Of a stretch of DNA of 64,000 bases, positions 39,719-49,706 are shown in pieces. Origin of the DNA: Bacteroidota bacterium (GTDB taxonomy: Bacteria > Bacteroidota > Bacteroidia > UKL13-3); NCBI GenBank assembly GCA_040388375.1, contig JAZKBU010000005.1:352395-416394 (forward strand), read 5' to 3'. The position numbers were made by a program, and so were the translations under genes. Position 1 is the stretch's first letter. Each line of letters opens with the position of its first letter. The notes beneath the pieces were generated by a model, which searched no databases, was not told where the DNA came from, and was given only the letters and a program-made list of their open reading frames with translations.

Positions 39719-39928
39719 AAGGTTTCGCTAATGGGCTTATTTATTGAATTTAGGTCGCAAAGTAACACTAATAACCTAATTTTAATAATTACGATGTTTT
39801 TTTACCTTATGGAGGATAGATTAATTGCTAAATAAGCTTTAATTGCGCTTGAAATAATATTGATAAATTGTTGGTGAAATAAGGTTTTAAATCAATTATT
39901 TCGCTTTTTGTTGTATTGAGTTTTTTGT

Positions 39929-40531
39929 ATGAATAAAATTAAGTTAAATGTGTTAGGCTTAAGCAGTGGGCAAACCAGCGGCAGCTATACACTTATATTG
40001 GGGGAAGCTAATGGCAATAGACGCTTACCTATTGTTATTGGTAGTTTTGAGGCGCAAGCCATTGCTATTGAAATTGAAAAAATTGTTCCTTTCAGGCCAA
40101 TGACGCATGATTTGTTTTTGAGTTTTTTTAAAGAGTTTGGAATAGAACTGGTAGAAGTACAGATATATAATTTGAATGAAGGCGTATTTCATGCAAAGCT
40201 AGTTTGCGACCAAATGGGTATTATAAAAGAAATTGAAGCAAGAACGAGCGATAGTATTGCTTTAGCTGTTAGGTTTAAATGTGCTATATACACTTTTGAT
40301 GATATTATGGAGGAGGCTGGGATTATAATTGATGCCAGTGAGGAGGAAGAAGACGATACTTTTATTGAAGATGAAATAGAAAAAACAATTGATATTAAAG
40401 CAGCAAAGACCAATGATTTTTCTAAGTTAAATTTAGACGATTTAAATAAATTATTGCAGGAAGCACTGAACATTGAAGATTATGCAATAGCAGCAAAAAT
40501 TAGAGATGAAATCGAATTGAGGAAGAAATAA
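39929..40531 (+). CDS. bifunctional nuclease-family protein (DUF151) with C-terminal UVR motif
   Basis: DUF151 core (…PIVIGSFEAQAIAIEIEK…RPMTHDL…) and a UvrB/C-like helix (DYAIAAKIRDEIE) at the C-terminus. Confidence 0.75.
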   Translation: MNKIKLNVLGLSSGQTSGSYTLILGEANGNRRLPIVIGSFEAQAIAIEIEKIVPFRPMTHDLFLSFFKEFGIELVEVQIYNLNEGVFHAKLVCDQMGIIKEIEARTSDSIALAVRFKCAIYTFDDIMEEAGIIIDASEEEEDDTFIEDEIEKTIDIKAAKTNDFSKLNLDDLNKLLQEALNIEDYAIAAKIRDEIELRKK

Positions 40532-40533
40532 AA

Positions 40534-41763
40534 ATGATGGAAAAATACACAGGTATTTTAGGTATATTAGGTATATTAGGATTAGCCTTTTTGTTGTCAA
40601 ACAATAAAAAGAGAATAAACTATAGATTGGTTTTTAGTGGACTGGCTTTACAGTTATTGCTAGCGTTATTAATTTTAAAAGTACCTGCCGTAACATCCTT
40701 TTTTCAATTGATTGGACGTGGAATGCAAAAAATAGAAGGTTTTGCGAGAGAAGGAGCCAAGTTTTGTTTTGGAGGCGTATTGCCTAATCCACCTGAAGCC
40801 GCTAAAGTTTTTGGTGCAAATAATTCCTTTATTTTTGCTTTAAACATTCCTGCCACTATCATCTTGGTTTGTGTTTTAGTTGCCATTTTATATCATTTTG
40901 GTATTATGCAACGTATTGTGGCTGTGATAGCAAAAGGAGTTTATTTTATTATGCGAGCCAGCGGGGCTGAAACCCTGTCAAATGTCGCAAGTGCTTTTGT
41001 TGGACAAGTAGAGGCGCAGGTTATGATACGTCCGTATTTACAAACAATGACCAAAAGTGAAATACTGGCCAGCATGAGTGGGAGTATGGCTTGTATTTCG
41101 GGAGGTATATTAATTGTTTATGTTAATATGGGTATTCCTGCCGAATATTTAATTGCAGCCAGTTTAATGGCAGCTCCGGCCAGTTTAGTTATAGCTAAAA
41201 TAATTTATCCGGAAGTGGAAGAATCGCAAACAAAAAACGAAATAAAAGTAGAGGTTAAAAGCCATTACACCAATGTAATTGATGCTATTTCTCACGGAGC
41301 ATCGGATGGTATGAAAATATCAATAAACATTGTAGCTATGCTGATAGGTTTTATAGCCTTAATTTCTTTAATAAATTATATAATAGGAAAAGCATTTCCC
41401 GGCTTAAGTCTGGATATTATTTTTGGCTACTTATTTTACCCATTTGCCTACGTAATGGGGGTTCCCAAGCAAGATATAATGCAAGTAGCTACATTTATGG
41501 GACAGAAACTGAGTATAAATGAATTTGTAGCTTATAATAGCTTAACAGCAGTAAAGCAAACTTTAACCCCAAAGGCAATAGCCATTGCTAGTTTTGCTTT
41601 ATGTGGTTTTGCAAATTTCAGTTCAGTTGGAATGCAAATAGGTGGTATTGGAGCTTTGGCACCCGAAAGAAGAGGTGATTTAGCTAAGCTGGGACTTAAA
41701 GCACTTTTATGTGGCACTTTAGCCAGTTACTTAAGTGCTTGTTTAGCAGGAATAATTATGTAA
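40534..41763 (+). CDS. nupC: concentrative nucleoside transporter (NupC/CNT family)
   Basis: 409 aa with N-terminal GILGILGILG. The overall pattern matches Na+/H+ nucleoside symporters. Confidence 0.85.
   Translation: MMEKYTGILGILGILGLAFLLSNNKKRINYRLVFSGLALQLLLALLILKVPAVTSFFQLIGRGMQKIEGFAREGAKFCFGGVLPNPPEAAKVFGANNSFIFALNIPATIILVCVLVAILYHFGIMQRIVAVIAKGVYFIMRASGAETLSNVASAFVGQVEAQVMIRPYLQTMTKSEILASMSGSMACISGGILIVYVNMGIPAEYLIAASLMAAPASLVIAKIIYPEVEESQTKNEIKVEVKSHYTNVIDAISHGASDGMKISINIVAMLIGFIALISLINYIIGKAFPGLSLDIIFGYLFYPFAYVMGVPKQDIMQVATFMGQKLSINEFVAYNSLTAVKQTLTPKAIAIASFALCGFANFSSVGMQIGGIGALAPERRGDLAKLGLKALLCGTLASYLSACLAGIIM
40552..40581. repeat. in-frame 9-bp tandem repeat (GGTAT(T/A)TTA x3) encoding GILGILGILG at the NupC N-terminus
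   Basis: Read directly from the sequence. Confidence 0.8.
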
Positions 41764-41769
41764 AAAAAA

Positions 41770-41808
41770 CCGCCCGCTTGAATAAACAAGCAAGGCGGAA
41801 TTTCATTT
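41770..41808 (+). terminator. candidate rho-independent terminator after nupC
   Basis: CCGCCCGCTTG-aataaa-CAAGCaaGGCGG, an imperfect GC-rich stem, followed by a weak T-tract (aatttcattt). Confidence 0.45.
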
Positions 41809-41935
41809 AACCTCTAAACATTTTCAATTACGAAAACAAATTCAATTATATAGACACTAAGTTTGTTTTATTGGTTGCACTCCAATGTTCGTTTTATTTA
41901 AATGAAAGTTTTATTTACTTAAATAATGCAATCAT

Positions 41936-42343
41936 TTATCCAAAATAGGTTTTTAGTTTTTCAATTAAAATGGTAGGAGCCAAGCAAGGCTTTTTTGTTT
42001 TCATATCAATGTTTACCAATACTACCTCAGCCTTTGCTATTAAAATAGTTGTATCACGATATATTTCGTAATGAAAGTGGTTACGTATTTTGGGTAACTC
42101 TTTCATCATAGTTACTATTGTTAGTTCATCATCGTAATAAGCAGGTTTAATGTACTGACATTGTAAACTAATAACAGGCATCATAATTCCATTTTCTTCA
42201 AAACTTTTGTAGGTAAGCCCCATTTGTCTTAAAGCGTCCGTTCTTCCAATTTCTAAATATTGAGCATAATTGCCATGGTATACTACACCCATTTGGTCCG
42301 TTTCTGCATACCTGACTCTTACTGTTGTTTTACTTTCAAACAT
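41936..42343 (-). CDS. acyl-CoA thioesterase, YbgC/4HBT hot-dog family
   Basis: 135 aa. RVRYAETDQMGVVYHGNYAQYLE is the 4HBT active-site region. Confidence 0.8.
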   Translation of the reverse strand: MFESKTTVRVRYAETDQMGVVYHGNYAQYLEIGRTDALRQMGLTYKSFEENGIMMPVISLQCQYIKPAYYDDELTIVTMMKELPKIRNHFHYEIYRDTTILIAKAEVVLVNIDMKTKKPCLAPTILIEKLKTYFG

Positions 42344-42347
42344 AAAC

Positions 42348-44243
42348 TTACTGGATAATTTTGAACTCCGTTCTCCTGTTTTTACTTCTATTGCTCTCCG
42401 TTAAATTATCTGCAATGGGTTGTGTTTCTGCATATCCTTTATACGAAATTTGAGTTGGGTTGATTTTCTTTTCTACCAAGTAGTCATAAACAGCTTTTGC
42501 CCTGTTATTTGATAAAACCAAGTTGCTTTGTTTATTGCCTTGGTTATCCGTATGTCCGCCTATTTCAACTTTTAATTTAGGGTTTGCTTGTAAGAATTGA
42601 ACCAATTTATCAAGTTCTGTTACCGATTCAGGTTTTAAATCAAACTTAGCCGTTTCAAAGAATATATTTTTTAATACCACTTTAGCTCCAGCCGTAATTG
42701 GTATTAACGGAACATCTAAAAATAAAGGATTGGTAGCACCTTGGTCTTTTAAACTAAAGTTTTCCGAATAGAATAAATACCCTGGCAAACTCACATTTAA
42801 TGCATAATTTTTATTGCCTTGTAAACACATCAAAAACTCGCCACTTAGTTTGTTTGAGTAGGTTTCAATGACTGTTTTATTGGTTGCCAAATCAATTAGC
42901 TCCAGTTTAGCTGAAAGCTTGTTCTTTTTAACGGCATCGTAAACGACTCCTTTAACATAACCGGTTTGTTCGGGCCTAGCTTCTTTGTACAACTCAAATT
43001 TATAAATATCCAAGCCTCCAAAACCTCCGGCTTTAGCTGATGAAATGAAAGCATTTACGCCATCAGATGTAATGCTAAAGCTTTGTTCGTCTTTATTTGT
43101 ATTAATAGGGTAACCAATATTAGTTGGTTTTTGCCAGCGGCCATTTGCATCTTTTTTGCTTCTGAAAATATCCAAGCCACCCATACCCGGATGTCCTTTA
43201 CTTACAAAATACAATGTTTTATCATCTAATGCAATAAAAGGGTATTGCTCTTCACTATCCGTATTTATTTCAGGGCCCAAATTAACCGGTGGTGACCATT
43301 TTCCATTGTTGTAATTAGTCATCCAAATATCGCTGCCACCAAAGCCTCCCGGGCGTTCACTGGCAAAATAAACTGTTTTACCATTAAACGATACACTAGG
43401 TTGCGTTTCCCAGTGCCTTGTATTTACAGGTGGGCCTAAGTTTTTAGGTTCGCTCCAGCTTAATCCGTCCAGTCTGCTTAATTCAATATCGCAGCTTGTT
43501 TCAGGGGTACAAAATGTAAAAAATATATATTGCCCGTCTGCACTTATTGAAGCAGTTCCTTCATTTTGGTCCGTATTAATAGGGTAACCCAATGGTTTTG
43601 CCAATGAAAATACCTCTTCATTTTTTTTACTGATAAAAAAGTCTTCGTTTCCCGAAACCCTGTCGCCTAGGTTTCTAGTAAATATAAGTGTTTGCCCGTC
43701 AGCCGTTAATACCGGAAAATAATCATCATGAGCTGAATTGATGTTTTGTCCTAAATTAATAGGTTTATAGGGAACCGGATTTTTGATAGCTTGAACTGCA
43801 AAATCAATATGTTTTTCTAGTTTTAGTCCAATAGGTTTACGTGCATACCAATCAGGGTAAGCTACAAATTTTTTAATATTGATATAAGCACTATCGTATT
43901 GAGCATGGTCAAATTGATAGCTTGCCAAGCCTAAATAGGCCAAGGGAAAATTAGGGTTAATAAGTACTAATTGGTTGTAAATTTCCTGCGATTTCTCTTC
44001 CTGTTCATTGCGTTCGTACAAATCAGATAAAAGCATTCTTGCATCTATATAGTTATTATCAGCACTGATGGCTTTGTTACAAAGCGCTATAGCTTCACTA
44101 TAATTTTGCAAATTGTAATTTGACAAAGCTTCATTGAACATTTTTTCTGCCCGCCCATTTTTTGTAGAGGTAAACGGTTTTTCCTGAGCAAAACTCAGTT
44201 TAATTAAAAATAAACAAGTAATAAATAGATATTTCTTAATCAT
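42348..44243 (-). CDS. OmpA-family protein with N-terminal TPR region and TolB-like WD40 beta-propeller
   Basis: The six-frame ORF extends to 44312. The likely start is MIKKYLFITCLFLIKLSFAQ (signal peptide). WD40-like repeats (…DGQ…IFFT/S…) and a C-terminal OmpA peptidoglycan-binding domain (…GHTDNQGN…NRRTEF…). Confidence 0.8.
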   Translation of the reverse strand: MIKKYLFITCLFLIKLSFAQEKPFTSTKNGRAEKMFNEALSNYNLQNYSEAIALCNKAISADNNYIDARMLLSDLYERNEQEEKSQEIYNQLVLINPNFPLAYLGLASYQFDHAQYDSAYINIKKFVAYPDWYARKPIGLKLEKHIDFAVQAIKNPVPYKPINLGQNINSAHDDYFPVLTADGQTLIFTRNLGDRVSGNEDFFISKKNEEVFSLAKPLGYPINTDQNEGTASISADGQYIFFTFCTPETSCDIELSRLDGLSWSEPKNLGPPVNTRHWETQPSVSFNGKTVYFASERPGGFGGSDIWMTNYNNGKWSPPVNLGPEINTDSEEQYPFIALDDKTLYFVSKGHPGMGGLDIFRSKKDANGRWQKPTNIGYPINTNKDEQSFSITSDGVNAFISSAKAGGFGGLDIYKFELYKEARPEQTGYVKGVVYDAVKKNKLSAKLELIDLATNKTVIETYSNKLSGEFLMCLQGNKNYALNVSLPGYLFYSENFSLKDQGATNPLFLDVPLIPITAGAKVVLKNIFFETAKFDLKPESVTELDKLVQFLQANPKLKVEIGGHTDNQGNKQSNLVLSNNRAKAVYDYLVEKKINPTQISYKGYAETQPIADNLTESNRSKNRRTEFKIIQ

Positions 44244-44408
44244 GGTGGCAATATATTCAAATATTGTGCTAAAAAAGGAGAGGTGGTTTGTAACAGTAAG
44301 AAAATAAACCATTTTCTTTATTGAGCATATACAAAAACCTATCTGTGGTATTATTGTTTATAAATGAAAAAGCAAAAGCAATAAAATTGAAAATTAATTT
44401 AAAGTAAA

Positions 44409-45365
44409 ATGTCAGAACAATTAGAACATATACATTGCCTTATAATAGGTAGTGGTCCTGCTGGATATACAGCGGCTATTTATGCAGCGCGTGCCGATTT
44501 AAAACCAGTTATGTATACAGGCCCTCAACCTGGTGGGCAGTTAACCATTACTAACGATGTTGAAAATTATCCAGGTTATCCTACAGGTATTATGGGACCG
44601 GAAATGATGGAAGATTTCAGAAAACAGGCGGAACGATTTGGAACAGATATTCGTTACGGAATGGTAACTAAGGTAAATTTTGATGGTATTCCACCTTATA
44701 AAATCACGATTGATGAAACCAAAGAAGTACTGGCCGATACGGTAATTATTTCGACTGGTGCCAGTGCTAAATGGCTAGGCATTGAAAGCGAAACCAAACT
44801 AAACGGACATGGTGTTTCGGCTTGTGCTGTTTGCGATGGTTTCTTTTTCAGAGGTAAAGAGGTAGCTATTGTGGGTGCCGGTGATACTGCTTGCGAAGAA
44901 GCAAGTTACCTGTCAAAAATATGCAGTAAAGTATATATGATAGTGAGGAAAGAAGAGTTCAGAGCATCTAAAGTGATGCAGCACAGGGTAGAAAACACTC
45001 CGAATATTGAAATTTTATTTAACTCTGAAACAGATGAAATTTTGGGTGACCACAAAGTAGAGGGGGTAAGAGTAAAAAATAATAAAACAGGCGAATTAAG
45101 AACAATAGAGCTAGGTGGTTTTTTTGTGGCCATTGGCCATAAACCCAATACTGAAATATTTGCACCGTACCTTGAAATGGACGAAACAGGTTACTTAATT
45201 ACGGTACCAGGTACCAGTAAAACAATAGTGGAAGGTGTATTTGCTTGTGGCGATGCGCAGGATAAAATTTATCGACAAGCGGTAACGGCTGCTGGTAGCG
45301 GTTGTATGGCTGCACTGGATGCAGAACGTTATTTATCTGCTAAACAATTTGGCATGCACGCTTAA
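44409..45365 (+). CDS. trxB: thioredoxin-disulfide reductase
   Basis: Motifs GSGPAGYTAAIYAAR, redox-active CAVCDG and a second GAGDTACEEA dinucleotide site. Confidence 0.9.
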   Translation: MSEQLEHIHCLIIGSGPAGYTAAIYAARADLKPVMYTGPQPGGQLTITNDVENYPGYPTGIMGPEMMEDFRKQAERFGTDIRYGMVTKVNFDGIPPYKITIDETKEVLADTVIISTGASAKWLGIESETKLNGHGVSACAVCDGFFFRGKEVAIVGAGDTACEEASYLSKICSKVYMIVRKEEFRASKVMQHRVENTPNIEILFNSETDEILGDHKVEGVRVKNNKTGELRTIELGGFFVAIGHKPNTEIFAPYLEMDETGYLITVPGTSKTIVEGVFACGDAQDKIYRQAVTAAGSGCMAALDAERYLSAKQFGMHA

Positions 45366-45368
45366 CAA

Positions 45369-45406
45369 AAAGCCTCTTAGTAAATTTGCTAAGAGGCTTT
45401 TTTTAT
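45369..45406. terminator. bidirectional rho-independent terminator between convergent trxB and pepT
   Basis: 11-bp stem AAGCCTCTTAG/CTAAGAGGCTT with an 8-nt loop, followed by T7. Confidence 0.8.
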
Positions 45407-45419
45407 GAATACATATTGG

Positions 45420-46664
45420 TTAGGCTTGTTCTTCCCAAACCTGAACCAGTTCTACCAATACATCAACAGCTTTTTGCATATCCTGAACACTTACGTATTC
45501 CTGTTTGCTATGTATAGCCATTTCACCTGTAAAGATATTGGGACAAGGTAAACCCATAAAAGAAAGTCTTGAGCCATCAGTACCACCGCGAATATTGGTT
45601 TTTACAACCTGTAAGCCGGCACGTTTATATGCTTCTTCTGCATTGGCCATTACTTGCGGAAATTGATCCAAAATTTCTTTCATGTTTCTGTATTGCTCAG
45701 TTACTTTTATTTCAAAAGTAGCACCCGCAAATTTATCAATGGTTTTTTGTGCCAAATCAGTAAGCATGGCTTCATGTTCCTTTAGTTTAGCAGTTTCAAA
45801 ATCGCGTACTATAAAACCAACCGTAGCTTTTTCAACGGTACCTTCTATAGAAACAGGATGCACAAAACCTTCATAGCCATCTGTTTTTTCAGGGCACATA
45901 TTGTCGCTTGGCAATAAACTGGTAAAGTATGAAGCTGCTTTTATAGCACTTACCATTTTGTTTTTAGCATAACCCGGATGTGCACTAATACCATGAAATA
46001 TTACTTTACAGCCATCAGCACTAAATGTTTCTCCTTCTAGGTGAGCTCTTTCCCCACCATCTAAGGTATAGCCAAAATCAGCATTTAGTTTTTTCATATC
46101 TATCTTATCTACTCCCTGGCCAATTTCTTCGTCAGGCGTAAATAAAACTCTGATATCACCATGTTTAATTTCCGGGTGATTGATAAGCAATTGAGTTAAA
46201 TCCATAATGATAGCCACACCTGCTTTATCATCGGCACCTAATAAGGTTAAACCGCTTGCCGTAATTAAATCGTCACCAATTCTTTCCAACAAATAAGGAT
46301 GATTTTTTGAAGATAGCACAACAGTATTGTCGTCAGGCATTACAATATCTTGCCCGTTCCAGTTTTTATGTAATACAGGTTTAACATTGGTGCCGCTACA
46401 GTCAGGGCTTGTGTCAACATGCGAGCAAAAACAAATAACAGGAACTTTTTTAGTAGTGTTTGAAGGAATAGTGGCATATACATAACCAAACTCATCCGTT
46501 TCTACTTTCTCTAAACCTAAATCAAGTAATTGCTGGCAAAGTAATTTACTTAAATCCTTTTGTTTTTCACTACTTGGATTACTGGTACTATTGGGGTCGG
46601 CAGTCGTATCTATTTGCACGTATTGCATTAATCTTTCTGCTACAGAATATTTATAATTTTGCAT
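45420..46664 (-). CDS. pepT: peptidase T (tripeptide aminopeptidase, M20B)
   Basis: 414 aa with N-terminal LMQYVQIDTTADP…, HVDT and GADDKAG motifs. Confidence 0.9.
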   Translation of the reverse strand: MQNYKYSVAERLMQYVQIDTTADPNSTSNPSSEKQKDLSKLLCQQLLDLGLEKVETDEFGYVYATIPSNTTKKVPVICFCSHVDTSPDCSGTNVKPVLHKNWNGQDIVMPDDNTVVLSSKNHPYLLERIGDDLITASGLTLLGADDKAGVAIIMDLTQLLINHPEIKHGDIRVLFTPDEEIGQGVDKIDMKKLNADFGYTLDGGERAHLEGETFSADGCKVIFHGISAHPGYAKNKMVSAIKAASYFTSLLPSDNMCPEKTDGYEGFVHPVSIEGTVEKATVGFIVRDFETAKLKEHEAMLTDLAQKTIDKFAGATFEIKVTEQYRNMKEILDQFPQVMANAEEAYKRAGLQVVKTNIRGGTDGSRLSFMGLPCPNIFTGEMAIHSKQEYVSVQDMQKAVDVLVELVQVWEEQA

Positions 46665-46759
46665 GGTAATGTGTTAAATTGTTTTGCATGCAAGGTTAAA
46701 TATTCTGGCTAAATTTTATTCATAAAAATACAGCTAAACATTATTTTTTTGTGATAAAT

Positions 46760-46790
46760 CTACTTTGCTTAAATGATGTTAATATTTTTG
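46760..46790 (+). promoter_or_regulatory. candidate Bacteroidota sigma-A promoter for the nuo operon (-7 TATTTTTG matching TAnnTTTG, with an upstream TTG)
   Basis: TATTTTTG at 46783-46790 lies about 65 bp upstream of the nuoA ATG. The upstream TTG spacing is shorter than the consensus, so this is tentative. Confidence 0.3.
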
Positions 46791-46853
46791 TCATGAATAG
46801 TTTTTATAAATAGTAAAACCGCTTATTTTCGCACGGATTTAAAATTAAATAAC

Positions 46854-47216
46854 ATGAACATTTCAGTTGATTATGCGGCAATATTTATCCAGTTTTTGGT
46901 AGGTTTTGGCTTTGTGGCTACTACTATGGTGGCTACGCATTACCTTGGCCCTAAGCGTAAAACAAGTGATAAGCTGGAGATTTTCGAATGTGGAATCGAT
47001 AGCCAGGGAAATGCTCGCTTACCTTTTTCTATAAAATATTTTTTAACAGCTATATTGTTTGTAATGTTCGATGTGGAAGTTATTTTTATGTACCCATGGG
47101 CTGTTAATTTTAAAGAATTAGGCACTCACGGTTTTGTTGAAATGCTTCTTTTTATTGGAACACTGTTAATTGGCTTTGCCTATATTATTAAGCGTGGTGC
47201 TTTAAAATGGGAATAA
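46854..47216 (+). CDS. nuoA: NADH-quinone oxidoreductase subunit A
   Basis: 120 aa, 3 TM helices, ND3-like. Confidence 0.9.
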   Translation: MNISVDYAAIFIQFLVGFGFVATTMVATHYLGPKRKTSDKLEIFECGIDSQGNARLPFSIKYFLTAILFVMFDVEVIFMYPWAVNFKELGTHGFVEMLLFIGTLLIGFAYIIKRGALKWE

Positions 47217-47280
47217 TCAGATTTTTCTTCCCCGGTTAAATCTATAAAATTAAAAACGCTCAATCGATAAATAACTTAGA

Positions 47281-47823
47281 ATGTCAGATATAAAAATTTC
47301 ACCAACTCCACCAAGTATCGAAGGACCAGGCTTTCAAGCTACCTCGTTAGATAAAATAATTGGATTGGCCAGAGCAAATTCACTTTGGCCTTTGCCTTTT
47401 GCTACTTCGTGTTGTGGTATTGAGTTTATGGCTACCATGGGTTCAAATTACGATTTGGCTCGTTTTGGTTCAGAACGTATCAGCTTTTCACCTCGCCAAG
47501 CCGATGTTTTATTGGTAGCCGGAACAATTGCTAAAAAAATGGGTCCGGTTTTAAAACAAGTATATTTACAAATGGCTGAACCACGTTGGGTAATAGCCAT
47601 TGGTGCTTGTGCATCAAGCGGTGGTATATTTGATACCTATTCAGTATTACAAGGAATAGATAAAGTAATTCCTGTAGATGTATATGTGCCGGGTTGTCCT
47701 CCGCGCCCTGAGCAAATAATAGATGGTATTTTAAAATTACAGGAAATAGTTAAAAACGAATCGCTTCGCAGAAGAAATTCAGATGAGTATAAAGCGCTTT
47801 TAGGAAGTTACGGAATACAATAA
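47281..47823 (+). CDS. nuoB: NADH-quinone oxidoreductase subunit B
   Basis: CCGIEF…GACASSGG…GCPPRP cysteine motifs for cluster N2. Confidence 0.95.
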   Translation: MSDIKISPTPPSIEGPGFQATSLDKIIGLARANSLWPLPFATSCCGIEFMATMGSNYDLARFGSERISFSPRQADVLLVAGTIAKKMGPVLKQVYLQMAEPRWVIAIGACASSGGIFDTYSVLQGIDKVIPVDVYVPGCPPRPEQIIDGILKLQEIVKNESLRRRNSDEYKALLGSYGIQ

Positions 47824-48329
47824 TGGTAAACATAGATAATCAATATATTTTAGCTGAAATTACCAATCAATTTGGCGATAAAGTGTATAGCTCATACGAG
47901 CCATATGGTTTGTTAACCATTGAGTTTGATAAAAACAATATCAAAGATTTACTTCAGTTTTTATACAATCACAAAGAATTGCAAATGCAGTTTTTAACTG
48001 ATGTATGTGGTATTCATTACCCTGAAGTAAAAGGCAAGGAAATAGGAGCAGTTTATCATATACACAGCTTAGTAAACAATATACGTTTACGTGTGAAATG
48101 TTATATGCCTGTTGAAAATCCTAGTATAGATTCAGCTACGTTTTTATTTAGCTCGGCTAACTGGCAAGAACGTGAAACCTTTGACTTTTATGGCATAAAT
48201 TTTATCGGGCATCCTAATTTAAGACGCATTTTAAATGTGGACGAAATGGACTATTTCCCAATGAGAAAAGAGTATCCATTAGAAGACGGAACAAGAACAG
48301 ATAAAAACGATAGTTATTTTGGACGATAA
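47823..48329 (+). CDS. nuoC: NADH-quinone oxidoreductase subunit C
   Basis: 30-kDa subunit pattern (…ERETFDFYGI…HPNLRRIL). Confidence 0.9.
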   Translation: MVNIDNQYILAEITNQFGDKVYSSYEPYGLLTIEFDKNNIKDLLQFLYNHKELQMQFLTDVCGIHYPEVKGKEIGAVYHIHSLVNNIRLRVKCYMPVENPSIDSATFLFSSANWQERETFDFYGINFIGHPNLRRILNVDEMDYFPMRKEYPLEDGTRTDKNDSYFGR

Positions 48330-48360
48330 ATCCTTTGGGTTTTAAATGATATAAAATTAA

Positions 48361-49563
48361 ATGATTGAATCATTAGAATTAAATACAAAAAGCGAGAAAG
48401 AGGATTATAATATTTTAAATCTCGGTCCTACACATCCTGCTACACATGGTGTGTTTCAAAATATATTGAAAATGGATGGTGAAATTATTCATGATGCCAC
48501 TTCAACCATAGGATATATACACCGTGCTTTTGAAAAAATTGCAGAACATCGCCCATATTATCAAATAACACCATTAACTGACAGGTTAAACTATTGTTCA
48601 TCACCCATTAACAATATGGGTTGGCACATGACAGTAGAAAAATTATTGGGTGTAGAAATACCAAAGCGTGTTGATTACATGCGTGTAATTATTATGGAAT
48701 TAGCGCGTATTGCCGACCATTTGGTTTGTAATGCAGTTATTGGAGTAGATACTGGTGCGTTAACAGGATTTACTTACATGTTCCAATGGCGTGAAAAAAT
48801 ATACGACATTTACGAACAAGTTTGTGGTGCACGCTTAACAACCAATATTGGCAGAATAGGTGGATTAGAAAGAGATTTTACACCGGAATGTATTAGACGT
48901 ATACGTGAATTTTTAACCGATTTTCCTAAATACTTTGATGAGTTTTCAGGCTTGCTTGAACGCAACAGAATATTTATGGACAGGATTATAAATGTAGGGC
49001 CAATAAGCGCTGAACGTGCTTTAAACTATGGCTTTACTGGTCCTAATTTACGAGCAGCAGGCGTTGATTACGATGTACGCGTAATGAATCCATATAGTTC
49101 ATATCAAGATTTTGATTTTATGATTCCTTTGGGAACACAAGGTGATACCTATGATAGATTTATGGTTCGTCAGCATGAAATCAGAGAAAGTTTAAAAATT
49201 ATAACACAAGCTTTAGAAAATTTACCGGAAGGTAAATTTTTTGCGGATGTGCCTGATTTCTTTTTGCCCCCAAAAGAAGAAGTGTATAATAATATGGAAG
49301 CTTTAATTTTCCACTTTAAAATAGTAATGGGCGAAGCAACAGTTCCTGTTGGCGAAGTGTATCACTCGGTAGAAGGTGGAAATGGCGAATTAGGATTTTA
49401 CATGGTAAGTGATGGCGGACGTGCTCCTTATCGTTTGCATTTCCGCAGACCATGTTTTATATTTTACCAAGCTTACCCGGAAATGATAAAAGGTTCGATG
49501 CTTTCAGATGCTATTTTAACCATGAGTAGCATGAATGTAATTGCTGGCGAATTGGACGCATAA
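48361..49563 (+). CDS. nuoD: NADH-quinone oxidoreductase subunit D
   Basis: 49-kDa subunit, with LNLGPTHPATHGVF at the N-terminus. Confidence 0.95.
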   Translation: MIESLELNTKSEKEDYNILNLGPTHPATHGVFQNILKMDGEIIHDATSTIGYIHRAFEKIAEHRPYYQITPLTDRLNYCSSPINNMGWHMTVEKLLGVEIPKRVDYMRVIIMELARIADHLVCNAVIGVDTGALTGFTYMFQWREKIYDIYEQVCGARLTTNIGRIGGLERDFTPECIRRIREFLTDFPKYFDEFSGLLERNRIFMDRIINVGPISAERALNYGFTGPNLRAAGVDYDVRVMNPYSSYQDFDFMIPLGTQGDTYDRFMVRQHEIRESLKIITQALENLPEGKFFADVPDFFLPPKEEVYNNMEALIFHFKIVMGEATVPVGEVYHSVEGGNGELGFYMVSDGGRAPYRLHFRRPCFIFYQAYPEMIKGSMLSDAILTMSSMNVIAGELDA

Positions 49564-49566
49564 ATA

Positions 49567-49698
49567 ATTATGAATTATGAATTATGAATTTTGAATGGAC
49601 TTTTATTCAATCTTTTTTGTTCATATTATTATATAAAAACAACTTAATACGGATACTAGTTTTGGATAATCCAACATTCAAAATCTGACATTCAAAAT
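49567..49698. repeat. repeat-rich nuoD-nuoE spacer: (ATTATGAA)x3 tandem unit, plus an inverted repeat ATTTTGAATG … CATTCAAAAT (the latter twice)
   Basis: Read directly from the sequence. The 10-11-bp arms at 49588-49597 and at 49675-49684 / 49689-49698 are separated by about 77 bp. Confidence 0.6.
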
Positions 49699-49706
49699 TT
49701 AAAAAG

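Noticed and set aside
39719-39928. Considered a Bacteroides-style invertible (phase-variable) promoter upstream of the polysaccharide locus
   Set aside because: The inverted-repeat arms are only 14 bp (12/14 match), the intervening segment is 21 bp against the roughly 180-300 bp of known invertible promoters, and no recombinase gene is adjacent.
44244-44312. N-terminal extensions of six-frame ORFs (OmpA-family 42348..44312; coaD to 55384; ATP-grasp to 29664)
   Set aside because: In each case an internal Met gives a canonical family N-terminus or signal peptide and removes an implausible overlap with the upstream gene. I used the shorter starts.
49564-49706. Considered a MITE or IS remnant inserted between nuoD and nuoE
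   Set aside because: There is no transposase and no recognisable target-site duplication, and the inverted-repeat arms are only about 10 bp. I report it as a structured repeat. Only a genome-wide copy search could upgrade it to a mobile element.
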